Both the position numbers and the translations under genes were made by a program. The notes under the pieces are model-generated. The model saw nothing but the letters and a program-made list of their open reading frames with translations, searched no databases and was not told where the DNA came from. Shown in pieces: positions 9,805 to 18,990 of a DNA stretch of 64,000 bases. The stretch is from a virus. Position 1 is the stretch's first letter, and each line of letters opens with the position of its first letter. Where the stretch lies: positions 33,145 to 97,144 of the IMG/VR virus record IMGVR_UViG_3300042904_000107. The stretch is one strand, 5' to 3'.

Positions 9805-10107
9805 TCAGAGGTCATAAATTTCCCGTATAACTTCACGGTTGATTTCCCGTTGAAGTTCCTCAAAGAATATCTCACCGATCTCCTGAGCACTTCGCATCTT
9901 TTCTGGATCGAAAACTTCTATGGAACTTGCCCAAACTGTTTTACCATCTATAGTAACATATCTGTGACCAGCTTGCGGTGGTTTAGTCAGGAAACCTTCA
10001 ATGGAGTAAATTGTGGATCCAATTCCAAGTGTCTCAACAACCGTGACTGATACCTTAATATGTTTTTCAAACCACTCTTGAACTTCTTGGAAGTTGTCAA
10101 AGGTCAT
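9805..10107 (-). CDS. hypothetical protein
   Basis: ORF coupled to gp44 stop. Confidence 0.5.
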   Translation of the reverse strand: MTFDNFQEVQEWFEKHIKVSVTVVETLGIGSTIYSIEGFLTKPPQAGHRYVTIDGKTVWASSIEVFDPEKMRSAQEIGEIFFEELQREINREVIREIYDL

Positions 10108-11051
10108 TTTACCTTAAAATCCTCTTCCGACATTACCTGTGTGAGAAATGCCAGTAATGTGATTTCCTGGTCGAGAGAACGAGAAGCGCGATCCAAGTAG
10201 TCACCGAGAATCAACACGAATTGTGGAATGAACCCGGAGTCGAAATGATCGTACATAACATCAAACAACTGCCGATAGATGCGCGTCGGTTCGTTATCCG
10301 AGTTATTCGCGACCCATTTTCGAACCTCACCGAAGTTTTTGGTCTTCATCGCTTCAAGGAGCGCTTTGATTGGGATTTCATCTAAACTGGATAGAATACC
10401 AGCATCAATCTGACCAACTTGTGCGTACTTCTGAAGATGGTTAAGAATCGCTCGAAAATCAGGAAAGTACTTCGCTACCAACTTCGCAATTACCTTCTCA
10501 TCAAACGGAATTTTCTCCGCCTTTAGGATCGAAACGATACGCTTATGGAAGGTCATTGCCATCGGCTTCTTGTCTTCCTTCGTCGGTTTAAATTCGACAG
10601 TAGGACAACGAGATTCGCGAATAGCCTCGATGATTTGATTAGGATAGTTGCAAGTCAGGATAAACGAACAATTCCCCGCAAATTCTTCAATAAATGGACG
10701 GAGAGCTTGCTGAGTGAGTTTCGTAAGTCCGTCAGCTTCGTCCAAAATAACAACTTTGCGTCCGCCAGTAATGGAGATAGTAGATGCAAAGCCACGAATA
10801 TCTGTACGGAGAGTATCAATATTACCATTTTCAGAGGCATTGATTACCAAGAAGTCTGCGTCCAACTCTTCGCAGAGTGCCTTTGCAATTGTGGTCTTAC
10901 CGATACCTGGCCCACCGGCCAGCGTCATGTTGGGGATAAAACCTTTGTCTCTGTAGGATTCGAAAATCGACTTGAGTTCTGTTGGAAGGATGCAATCTTC
11001 GATCTTGTGCGGGCGGTACTTTTCCACCCAAAGGATGTGTTCACGAACCAT
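10104..11051 (-). CDS. clamp loader large subunit (gp44)
   Basis: LWVEKYRP, GGPGIGKTT, ILDEAD, SRC. Confidence 0.96.
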   Translation of the reverse strand: MVREHILWVEKYRPHKIEDCILPTELKSIFESYRDKGFIPNMTLAGGPGIGKTTIAKALCEELDADFLVINASENGNIDTLRTDIRGFASTISITGGRKVVILDEADGLTKLTQQALRPFIEEFAGNCSFILTCNYPNQIIEAIRESRCPTVEFKPTKEDKKPMAMTFHKRIVSILKAEKIPFDEKVIAKLVAKYFPDFRAILNHLQKYAQVGQIDAGILSSLDEIPIKALLEAMKTKNFGEVRKWVANNSDNEPTRIYRQLFDVMYDHFDSGFIPQFVLILGDYLDRASRSLDQEITLLAFLTQVMSEEDFKVK

Positions 11052-11084
11052 TAATCACCTATTATATCACGAAAGAGGATGGTA

Positions 11085-11366
11085 CTATTGAGAAACTACG
11101 TCTAGGCGGGTGCCGTGGTTTTGACCTTGATAGTATGTCTTACCGAAGCAGACGCTACAAACGCCGCAATAAAAGCGTGGCATTCGAATCATCTGTTTTC
11201 CGCCAATAAGATCTAAGAAGCGCTTGACATTGAAGGGTAGCACAACTGGCTTACCATCTTCAGCTTGCGTTTCGGTGTCGATTGCCAGGAACTGAACCAT
11301 TGTACGCGGTTTCGCGCAATGCTGGCAATGCAACTTGGTATTCTTACGTTTATTGGATGTGGGCAT
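11085..11366 (-). CDS. Zn-ribbon hypothetical protein
   Basis: CQHC and CGVC pairs; no canonical SD seen. Confidence 0.5.
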   Translation of the reverse strand: MPTSNKRKNTKLHCQHCAKPRTMVQFLAIDTETQAEDGKPVVLPFNVKRFLDLIGGKQMIRMPRFYCGVCSVCFGKTYYQGQNHGTRLDVVSQ

Positions 11367-11374
11367 GGAGGAGT

Positions 11375-11450
11375 TGGTAGCCCGTAACGGAGTCGAACCG
11401 ATATCTCGTGGCTGAGAACCACGCCGCCTAAACCATTAGCAGAACGGGCC
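11375..11450 (-). tRNA. tRNA-Glu(CUC)
   Basis: GGCCCGT..ACGGGCT-ACCA; CGTGG-TTCTCAG-CCACG. Confidence 0.9.
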
Positions 11451-11459
11451 TAAAATATG

Positions 11460-11537
11460 TGGTAGGGATGGCGGGGATCGAACCCGCATTTCGGGATTGA
11501 AAGTCCCGCTGCCTGACCAATTAGCGATGACATCCCC
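11460..11537 (-). tRNA. tRNA-Glu(UUC)
   Basis: GGGGATG..CATCCCT-ACCA; CGGGA-CTTTCAA-TCCCG; GTTCGAT. Confidence 0.9.
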
Positions 11538-11543
11538 ACGAGG

Positions 11544-11765
11544 TTAGTCTAACTGTAGCTGGTATGCCTTTTCGAGCGCTTCCTTGTTATCGGCATACTG
11601 ATTCTTCAACACCGACAACTCAGCCGTGCCGTCTGCAAGTTCTTCCTGAAGCCGCTTATTTTCACTGTGGCGCTTAATCGCCACACCACGAAGCCGAAGC
11701 ATTTCGAACATACGCTTGGCAATCTCATCAGCACCAAAGAAAAGGGTGAAAAGCCACTGTCTCAT
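11544..11765 (-). CDS. hypothetical coiled-coil protein
   Basis: ORF with AAGGA SD. Confidence 0.5.
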   Translation of the reverse strand: MRQWLFTLFFGADEIAKRMFEMLRLRGVAIKRHSENKRLQEELADGTAELSVLKNQYADNKEALEKAYQLQLD

Positions 11766-11818
11766 TATATAGTATCCTTTATTTGAGTTAAATACTCCGG
11801 AGGGATTACTCCCTCATT

Positions 11819-12511
11819 TTAGCCGTCGTAGCGCGAACTGTTCGCCTCAAGCAGGACGTGATATGTCAATGGCATATCCTTGTGCTTAAATCGGCTCAAT
11901 CCTTCTTTGCTCACCGCAACGTCATATGTGCCGGCGATAAGCTTCAGGTATTCAATTTTCCAAACGAACGAGAATGTCGCCTCAGGTGCCTCACCGATTG
12001 CGAGACTGGTCGTATTTGTGCTGGAGTTCTTTGTGTCCAGTGTGACAAGGCTCAAAGTCTCACCGTCACTCTCAAGCGCCAACTCAGGTGTTCCAAGAGT
12101 GCGCGCCATGTTAGTGATTGCCTTGAAATTCGCCTCAGTCAGAACAAATTCCACTTCTGTGCTCGGAAGCTCAATCTTACGCTTCGGATCCGGTGTGTAC
12201 GCCAATGAATCATCGCCGTAATGATACTTCACTGCCAATCCACCGGATTCATCGGATAGCTTCACATAAGCATCATCCTCTTCGAAGTTCAGGGTTGGTT
12301 TATCGAATTGCGTCACCACAGCTAGAAACTGGTTCAAGTCGTAGATGGTGAAATTTCGCGGGAACTTCTCCGATACTTCCACATCTGCGTATGTATGCTT
12401 CTTTACGCTTCTGGTAACGAGTGTCTTTCCTCTAGGGAACAATAATGTTTGATTGATGCTGGCGAGATTCTTGAGAACCTCCAGCGTTGCTGGCGTCAGT
12501 AGTAGACTCAT
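11819..12511 (-). CDS. sliding clamp (gp45)
   Basis: TL.VLKN.ASINQ, F.IYDLNQFL, LKLI.G.YDV; synteny. Confidence 0.93.
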   Translation of the reverse strand: MSLLLTPATLEVLKNLASINQTLLFPRGKTLVTRSVKKHTYADVEVSEKFPRNFTIYDLNQFLAVVTQFDKPTLNFEEDDAYVKLSDESGGLAVKYHYGDDSLAYTPDPKRKIELPSTEVEFVLTEANFKAITNMARTLGTPELALESDGETLSLVTLDTKNSSTNTTSLAIGEAPEATFSFVWKIEYLKLIAGTYDVAVSKEGLSRFKHKDMPLTYHVLLEANSSRYDG

Positions 12512-12869
12512 TCTTTTCCTTTTCAAGTTTCACGAAATAACGAAGCTGGAGCGAAGTGTTCAGGGCAGCGTTATAGACTTCGATCAATGCACGTAAAATT
12601 GACTCGATTTCATGCGTCAGAACGCGCTGGCCGCTTCTCTCTTCGATCAATTGACGCACATTGACTAGAACATCTAACGAACCCTTATAAGCTGATTCTA
12701 GCGCATTTGGCTCAAGTTCTCCATTATTACGCAGATGGATATCTGCAATTAAAAACGTTTTAACCTGGGACCTAACCGAATCAGGAAACTGGATCTTTTC
12801 TAGATCTTCTAGAACCAGTTGCCATCCATTCTTTGTTTTCGGTTGGTCACCAATGTCGAACATACCCAT
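12432..12869 (-). CDS. hypothetical protein
   Basis: ORF; 3' end overlaps gp45 start. Confidence 0.5.
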   Translation of the reverse strand: MGMFDIGDQPKTKNGWQLVLEDLEKIQFPDSVRSQVKTFLIADIHLRNNGELEPNALESAYKGSLDVLVNVRQLIEERSGQRVLTHEIESILRALIEVYNAALNTSLQLRYFVKLEKEKNESTTDASNAGGSQESRQHQSNIIVP

Positions 12870-13177
12870 TGGTGCTGCCTCAATTTTTGTGGGGATTGGT
12901 ACTACAGAATTTGTACTATGCTTCTAGTATATCACGGCCACCGCGGTATGTCAAGCTAGACCAAAATAGATTTTGGCTTTCACACGACTGGTATGGCCAA
13001 CGTGCCAGAACCCGCAGAACGGACAAGGATACACATCAAAAGCCTCACCAGGTTTATCCTGCTCTAGTGAGTATGCGGATCTTGTTGCCAGTTTTGGGAC
13101 TGGGTATTGGATCTTACCCACACAAGACTTTTCAAATCCTGAGCGAGTGGCCCAATCCCAGTCCTCATCCCAGTTAA

Positions 13178-14461
13178 TTACCACGGACGAAGTGTTTTTC
13201 CGGAAGCAGTAGCGTGGTGAGGTAGAGTAGGTTTATCCTCATTATCCGGTCCATCTTTTGCGGTCGCGTCAATCTTGGTGTACATTTCCAAGAAGGCGGA
13301 CTGTGTGTTTTCATCGAATCGGGCAATTGCCAGCTTGAGGGCTTTCAAGCGATTACGTCCGAAGATGCTGTAGCCCTTGATAATGTGGATCAAACGGCCG
13401 GTGGTGATAGTCTCATCGACACCGCCGTCCTTATGAGTCAGGCGAATGTTTTCTGCCCACTGGCAGAGCGGCTCGGCGAATTCCGAATCGGCGATCCCAA
13501 ACTGCTTGAGGTTATTGTTGAGGATTCTCACCTCGATGCGCTTTTCAGGATAACTATGTTCGAATGTTGCACCGGTCAGACGCTCTAAAAGAGCGTCATT
13601 CATGACGTTTGTTCCGATGTACTTCCCGTCTTCACTGCCGCGACCCTTGGTGTTCGCTGTGGCAGCAATGTTGAAGCCAGGTCTCGGGTATACCCACCGA
13701 TTCAGCTTCTTAATGAAGATTCCGTTTCCTTCATAGACGGGCTGAAGGCACATGATCTTGTTCGATCCTAGGTCGATTTCATCCAACATAAGAAGGCCGC
13801 CTTCGGGATCTTCCATCGCTTTGATAACCGGACCGTCTTCCCAGACAGTCTCACCGTTGATGAGACGGAAACCACCGATGAGGTCGGATTCGTCAGTCTC
13901 GATGGTGATGTTGACGCGATAGAGATTCCGCTTCAGTTCAGCGCACGCCTGGAGAATACTCTCCGTCTTACCCGACCGGGTCGGTCCCGTTGAAAGAAAC
14001 GGAAAGAACAGGCGGGACTTGATGATATCGTAAATGTCCTCGTAAGAGCCGAACGGAACGAAAGTCGGATTCGGCTTCGGGACCAGCCCGCTATCAGCCG
14101 GAACAATCGTGGGAGTAGTGTTCAGTTGTGGTTTTGCCGGCATCTGAATGACCTTAACGTCGGTATCTTCGTCATCTTCCTCGGTGAAATCGTCTGGGTC
14201 TTCCTCGGGAGCGCCAGGAATCGGCGTTGACAGATCAACGCTCATTTCGGGATAAGGTAGCTTGTACTTACCGCGACCAAAATGGAATTCAGGGTCTTTA
14301 ACCCAGGATTGACGTCCGAGTTTGTACTTCGCTCGGATCGCAAGCATCTCCTGGCGAGTGAAAAATGTTCGGTCGACTCCGTACTCCCTCTTTACCAGTT
14401 CAGTGAAGTGTTTCTGCTTGGCTTCGAGTTTGGAATTAACCTTAAGGGATGCAGTGGCCAT
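13178..14461 (-). CDS. MoxR/CobS-like AAA+ ATPase of T4-like phages
   Basis: GPTRSGKT, RVNITIETDESDLIGGFRL, LLMLDEID, ATANTKGRG; SD GGAG before ATG 14461. Confidence 0.9.
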   Translation of the reverse strand: MATASLKVNSKLEAKQKHFTELVKREYGVDRTFFTRQEMLAIRAKYKLGRQSWVKDPEFHFGRGKYKLPYPEMSVDLSTPIPGAPEEDPDDFTEEDDEDTDVKVIQMPAKPQLNTTPTIVPADSGLVPKPNPTFVPFGSYEDIYDIIKSRLFFPFLSTGPTRSGKTESILQACAELKRNLYRVNITIETDESDLIGGFRLINGETVWEDGPVIKAMEDPEGGLLMLDEIDLGSNKIMCLQPVYEGNGIFIKKLNRWVYPRPGFNIAATANTKGRGSEDGKYIGTNVMNDALLERLTGATFEHSYPEKRIEVRILNNNLKQFGIADSEFAEPLCQWAENIRLTHKDGGVDETITTGRLIHIIKGYSIFGRNRLKALKLAIARFDENTQSAFLEMYTKIDATAKDGPDNEDKPTLPHHATASGKTLRPW

Positions 14462-14499
14462 AAAACTCCTCCAGGAGCCTATGGCCCCTGAGAGTGGCG

Positions 14500-14901
14500 T
14501 TAGTCGCCACTCTCCACACTCCCAACCGTCTCGGCGGTCGGCTCCGGATCTTTCTTCGGCTTGGGAGACTTTTTCTTCGGCGTCTTCGGGACAGTCTTCG
14601 TCTTCGGTGCCTCTTCGGGTTCCTGTTCCGTCGGCCGCACCGGTGCGGCATCTTCCTGGACGAGCGGGAGCTTCGCGAGGACACTCAAATCGTACATACC
14701 GCGCGTCGTCCTGACGGACATATTGCGAGTGATCCACCGAGGCGCCGCCAATGTGCCCAGGAGTTCTCGTGCGGCCTTCTTCAGTTCCGCGCGTTTGACA
14801 TTGTTGTGCGAATCCCCGAACCGCTCGATCAACTGGGTCAGGAAACGCTTCATTTTCGGAGTGAGCGCAGTCGGCTGGTGGGCCGGGTTGCCTTTTTTCA
14901 T
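14500..14901 (-). CDS. hypothetical protein resembling the N-terminal domain of the adjacent ATPase, with K/P/E tail
   Basis: ORF behind TTGACT promoter; visual alignment. Confidence 0.6.
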   Translation of the reverse strand: MKKGNPAHQPTALTPKMKRFLTQLIERFGDSHNNVKRAELKKAARELLGTLAAPRWITRNMSVRTTRGMYDLSVLAKLPLVQEDAAPVRPTEQEPEEAPKTKTVPKTPKKKSPKPKKDPEPTAETVGSVESGD

Positions 14902-14984
14902 TTTAAAACCCCTTTCAATTACTGCTTACAGATACAAGGGTACTAAATTGTGGCCCGAAAGTCAAGCGATTTTAGGCCTTTTTA

Positions 14985-17354
14985 TTAGGAAATTAGCTTG
15001 ATGAACCTGGTCAATAACACCCGCTGTTTACGCTGCCTAAGTCCATGGTTGCTCATTGCGGTGACCAGTTGCGCGTTTGTTACAAGTCCGTTAAGGACTG
15101 AGCCTGAGCCTGCCTGAGTGATACGGAGCTTATTTCCACTAGGAAGGATATAAAATTCATCATACCCCGTTGTGGTAGAAACAACGAAATACTTGGTATC
15201 TAGTTCACTCTTCAACTTATCCTTCTGTGTTTGCAGCACAATATCCTTTGCAGGAAAGAAATTGCTGAAGGATTCCTCTGGATTTTTACCACTAATGAAG
15301 AATCCAACAACTTTCGCTTTCGTCTGTGCTCTCAGGATACGGAGAAACTGGTTAGTAGTTTCGATGTTATTCGAGGTCAACTCATAATCCTCTCGGTTTA
15401 CATCATCCCGGAGGTAGATTTTCTCCGAATCGTAACGCATCATACTTGTACCACCGAATGCGGTCGAACAGTAATGATTGTTAGTAGTCGCCTCTCCGTC
15501 GGTAAGGAACGTAACATTCACGTTCTGAATGCGTTTTCGCATTTCATTTACCAAAGGGATCGCGCATACAATTGCCTCATTCAACGGTGTGCCTCCAAGC
15601 AGGTCTGTGCTGGGCAATTGATATCTCCCTGAGGCCCCCGATGCCATTAAAAGGAGGTTCACACATGCATCGTTGAATTCCTTGACGGTCATCGCACTAG
15701 ACAGAATCTCACGCAAAGTAAATCCTGCGTAGAATGCATAGCTATCCTTCTCATGCTCAAAAGCCGTCATATTACCACTAAAACCCCGATATCTATCATC
15801 AGGTAATTGCGCTCCGAATGTAAATACTCGGAATGCAATCTGAGCCTTTCGTTGAAACATAGCTAGATTGATTAGCTGGTGGATTGTTCCAACGAGGTGC
15901 TCGCTCATCGATCCACTCCAATCGATGAACGTGATATTTCCGTGATTCTTACCACCAGGAACAATAGCGTTCCGGCGCATGATGTCGTCCGTGTAACGGA
16001 ACTCATGCAAACGCTTCAAATCCAGATCTCCGCTACGGGCATAGGTGGTGCGGGCGTACTGGTCGGCGGCCTTGTGCATTTCGAATTCTTTTAGCAGCCA
16101 ATCCACAACTGGTTTGTTTTCGTGTTTGAATGTGTCAAACTCCACTGTATGTTGAGCCACAAGTGTCGTTTTGTTTTCCTTGTCGTACTTCTCGTAAAAG
16201 TCGCGGATCTCTTGATTAACTTGCTTATAACCGACGATGATTTCTGCCAATTTCGGCTTCGGTATCCCAAGATAGCGAATCGGTAGCGCGTCTTTGTCGC
16301 GGAGTTCTTCTTGTTGCTGAGTCCAGGTCTGATCGGTAGTAGACTCTATGGGGCTGTCGTCCGGTTCATCTTGAGTTCCATCACCATCTTCTGAATTTGT
16401 TCCAGTATCAGGCGCTTCATCTTCCCCATCCGGTTCATCTTCGCTTTCTTCGTCACCGGCAGAGCCAGGCTCACCTTCAGAATCTTCAGCGTCCTCGGCT
16501 TCGTCACCGTCACCGGCGGCATCTTTCTCATCACCGGAGTCTTCAGCGTCTTCACCGTCTACTTCAGGAGTACTGTCTCCGTCATCGTCATCTGGCATAC
16601 CTTCAGGCTCAACGTCGGGATCAACTTCCTCATTCTCTTCGTCAGTATCCTCGACTTTCGACGCCACCTTACGGGCACCCTTCTTGTCGTTCTCTCCCTG
16701 CTTCTCGTCCGGATCTTTGTCACCCTCTAGGTCGTCCTGCGCTTGCTGCTCCTGTTTTTTCTTCTCGGCGCGCTCTTTCTTGGCATAGGCGTAAAGGTCA
16801 ACGCAAATATTGACCACCTCATTGAAGGTCATCACCTCATCGATTGCCTTGACGAATTTCATTTCCTCATCAGAGAATTGAACTCCGGCGTCGTGACCGA
16901 CTTTAAAATGGATATTCAATCTATCCACAATACCGAAGTCATTGATATTCTTGCCATGGGTACCGAAGAAGTTTCGTGCCACGAGTTCTTTGTATCCGCG
17001 GACGAACGAAGCCCTGGAACCCGGATAACGTTTCTTTTGCAACTTCTCAATCCTGGCGTCCTCGACAACGTTAATAAACGTCTTCGCAGCGCCAGGATGT
17101 TTAGCGTCAATTTTATTGCAGGCGTCGATGAGCGGCTTGGAGCCTTTGGGAGTGTTTAAAGCGTGCCCTGTTTCGTGGATTACGAGGAGATCGTAAATGT
17201 CGCCCGACATATCTTTCCAGATCGGCAGCGTGAGAATGCGCCGATTCGGATCGAAGGTGGCGGTACGAGTACCGGCGTGAACGACCGTAATGTTCTCTGT
17301 TGCCAGCAACTTGGCTAACTGTTTCTTCGCTTGTACGTTTACGGTTTCGGGCAT
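14985..17354 (-). CDS. HExxH + acidic linker + vWA protein (CobT-like partner of MoxR ATPase)
   Basis: HETGH, NVVEDARIEK, MIDAS DWSGSM, GGTPL, FLTDGE. Confidence 0.88.
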   Translation of the reverse strand: MPETVNVQAKKQLAKLLATENITVVHAGTRTATFDPNRRILTLPIWKDMSGDIYDLLVIHETGHALNTPKGSKPLIDACNKIDAKHPGAAKTFINVVEDARIEKLQKKRYPGSRASFVRGYKELVARNFFGTHGKNINDFGIVDRLNIHFKVGHDAGVQFSDEEMKFVKAIDEVMTFNEVVNICVDLYAYAKKERAEKKKQEQQAQDDLEGDKDPDEKQGENDKKGARKVASKVEDTDEENEEVDPDVEPEGMPDDDDGDSTPEVDGEDAEDSGDEKDAAGDGDEAEDAEDSEGEPGSAGDEESEDEPDGEDEAPDTGTNSEDGDGTQDEPDDSPIESTTDQTWTQQQEELRDKDALPIRYLGIPKPKLAEIIVGYKQVNQEIRDFYEKYDKENKTTLVAQHTVEFDTFKHENKPVVDWLLKEFEMHKAADQYARTTYARSGDLDLKRLHEFRYTDDIMRRNAIVPGGKNHGNITFIDWSGSMSEHLVGTIHQLINLAMFQRKAQIAFRVFTFGAQLPDDRYRGFSGNMTAFEHEKDSYAFYAGFTLREILSSAMTVKEFNDACVNLLLMASGASGRYQLPSTDLLGGTPLNEAIVCAIPLVNEMRKRIQNVNVTFLTDGEATTNNHYCSTAFGGTSMMRYDSEKIYLRDDVNREDYELTSNNIETTNQFLRILRAQTKAKVVGFFISGKNPEESFSNFFPAKDIVLQTQKDKLKSELDTKYFVVSTTTGYDEFYILPSGNKLRITQAGSGSVLNGLVTNAQLVTAMSNHGLRQRKQRVLLTRFIKLIS

Positions 17355-17417
17355 GAAACTACATCATATCATGTTTAGGCCGAATTGTCAAATTTTTGGC
17401 CCTTTATATTGTGTGTA

Positions 17418-18434
17418 TCAGATCGCTCCGTGTGGGAGACTCTCTTGATATCCGTTGGTTGTTATCTGGACAAATTCAGAATTCTCTCGCAGTTCTCGGA
17501 GATTCATAGCTCCACAATAGGAGAATCCAGATTTGACACCTTCTACCAACTGTCGGATGATTGGTTCGGCATGTCCCTTATATCGGACAAGGGTTTCTTC
17601 TCCCTCAACATAGCGGGCATGTCCAACTGCGTCGTATTTCTGACCGTATGAGGCAGATCCTCTGTAGATCTTGTATAGGTTGCCATTGGACTTGATTACG
17701 TTACCTGGAGCTTCAGCCGTTCCTGCAAGAATACTTCCGAGCATTACAGCATCGGCACCTGCGGCCAGAGCCTTCACTATATCACCAGAATTCTTGATAC
17801 CACCATCGGCAATTAAAGTAACATCAGGAATAACTTTACGGATTTGGAAAATACTTTCAAGGGTAGGTAGGCCGCAACCTGTAACAATTCTCGTGGTGCA
17901 TTGACTGCCGCTACCAACACCCACTTTGAATGCTAGATTGTCGTCTCCACCACCTAAAATGTGTAGTAGTCTCCAAATACCTTCAGCCGTAGCATAGTTC
18001 CCAATAATTAGAGGAACAAGACCGAATGTTTTACGAATCTCAACCACAGTATCAATGACCGTTGGTGAATCGGCATGCGCCACATCAATACAGTAACCAG
18101 CTATACAGAACTTAATCTCCTGCAATTCTCGAATACGGTCAATGCCTAATTTTGAGCCTTCAATCGATACCCAGACGGACTCAAATGGGTGTTTGGAGAT
18201 AATCTCTTTCTGCTCCTCAACATCCATCATACGGTGAAGGATACCAAACCCTCCCACCGCACGCATGGACTCCAACATCCTGCTTTCTGTCACTGTTGAC
18301 ATATTGGCAGAAATGAATGGAAGCTTATATTCTTTACCTGAAATTGTGGTAGAGAGATCCACTTCGTCTCTGCTACCACCATAGGTCTGCTGCGGAATCA
18401 AAAGAACATCATCGAATGATAATGCCAAATTCAT
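17418..18434 (-). CDS. GMP reductase / IMP dehydrogenase family protein (no CBS domains)
   Basis: SFDDVLL.P, SANM, DVAH, GVGSGSQCTTR, ADGGI..SGDIVKALAAGADAVMLG, YRGSAS. Confidence 0.9.
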   Translation of the reverse strand: MNLALSFDDVLLIPQQTYGGSRDEVDLSTTISGKEYKLPFISANMSTVTESRMLESMRAVGGFGILHRMMDVEEQKEIISKHPFESVWVSIEGSKLGIDRIRELQEIKFCIAGYCIDVAHADSPTVIDTVVEIRKTFGLVPLIIGNYATAEGIWRLLHILGGGDDNLAFKVGVGSGSQCTTRIVTGCGLPTLESIFQIRKVIPDVTLIADGGIKNSGDIVKALAAGADAVMLGSILAGTAEAPGNVIKSNGNLYKIYRGSASYGQKYDAVGHARYVEGEETLVRYKGHAEPIIRQLVEGVKSGFSYCGAMNLRELRENSEFVQITTNGYQESLPHGAI

Positions 18435-18603
18435 TAATAAATTGCCTTTTCTAGATCTTGGAGTGCCTGTTCTACGGCTTCAGTATGTTCCTTTGGCAAC
18501 TCGTCGTCTTCATCGAGCCCCATGGTTTCTTCACCGGTGTATTGTAATGTGTTCAGGCAATCACCAATACTGTAGATCAAATCGTAAAGTTGGTTGCGTG
18601 TCA

Positions 18604-18990
18604 TTAGTTTATGGAAACATCTCCTTCAATTTCCAAGTAACCATTGGTCTCAGTATTTACAATCTCAACCACAGGTACAACAGAACTATCGTAGCCATAC
18701 CCTGTTGTTAGTGTGGTGAATTCAATTTCCAAGTTTAGCTCTTTTGCAATCTCTCTGGATCTGCGGAGCCATTCATCATACCGCTCTTGAGTACTCATCA
18801 AAATTACCTCAAATTGTCTACTTTGTTGGAAGCAACTATAATGCATGACAAATCCCACCCACTCATCCCATGAGTTTTTGTGGTATTTCATGACCAACTC
18901 TTCGTCTTCCTCTGTAATGTCACGCTCACACCAGGAGCAATAATCATCACAGAGGTGCTTGACGATGAGTTGTGTTACGTGGACGCTCAT
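18604..18990 (-). CDS. hypothetical protein (CSWC..HYSC)
   Basis: ORF coupled to MTase stop. Confidence 0.5.
   Translation of the reverse strand: MSVHVTQLIVKHLCDDYCSWCERDITEEDEELVMKYHKNSWDEWVGFVMHYSCFQQSRQFEVILMSTQERYDEWLRRSREIAKELNLEIEFTTLTTGYGYDSSVVPVVEIVNTETNGYLEIEGDVSIN

Noticed and set aside
14462-14737. N-terminal extension of the ATPase given by the ORF track
   Set aside because: It overlaps the 14500-14901 gene; ATG 14461 has a good SD
13178-17354. Cobalamin biosynthesis (cobS/cobT)
   Set aside because: No other cob genes are present; this MoxR-vWA pair is widespread in T4-like phages without a shown cobaltochelatase role
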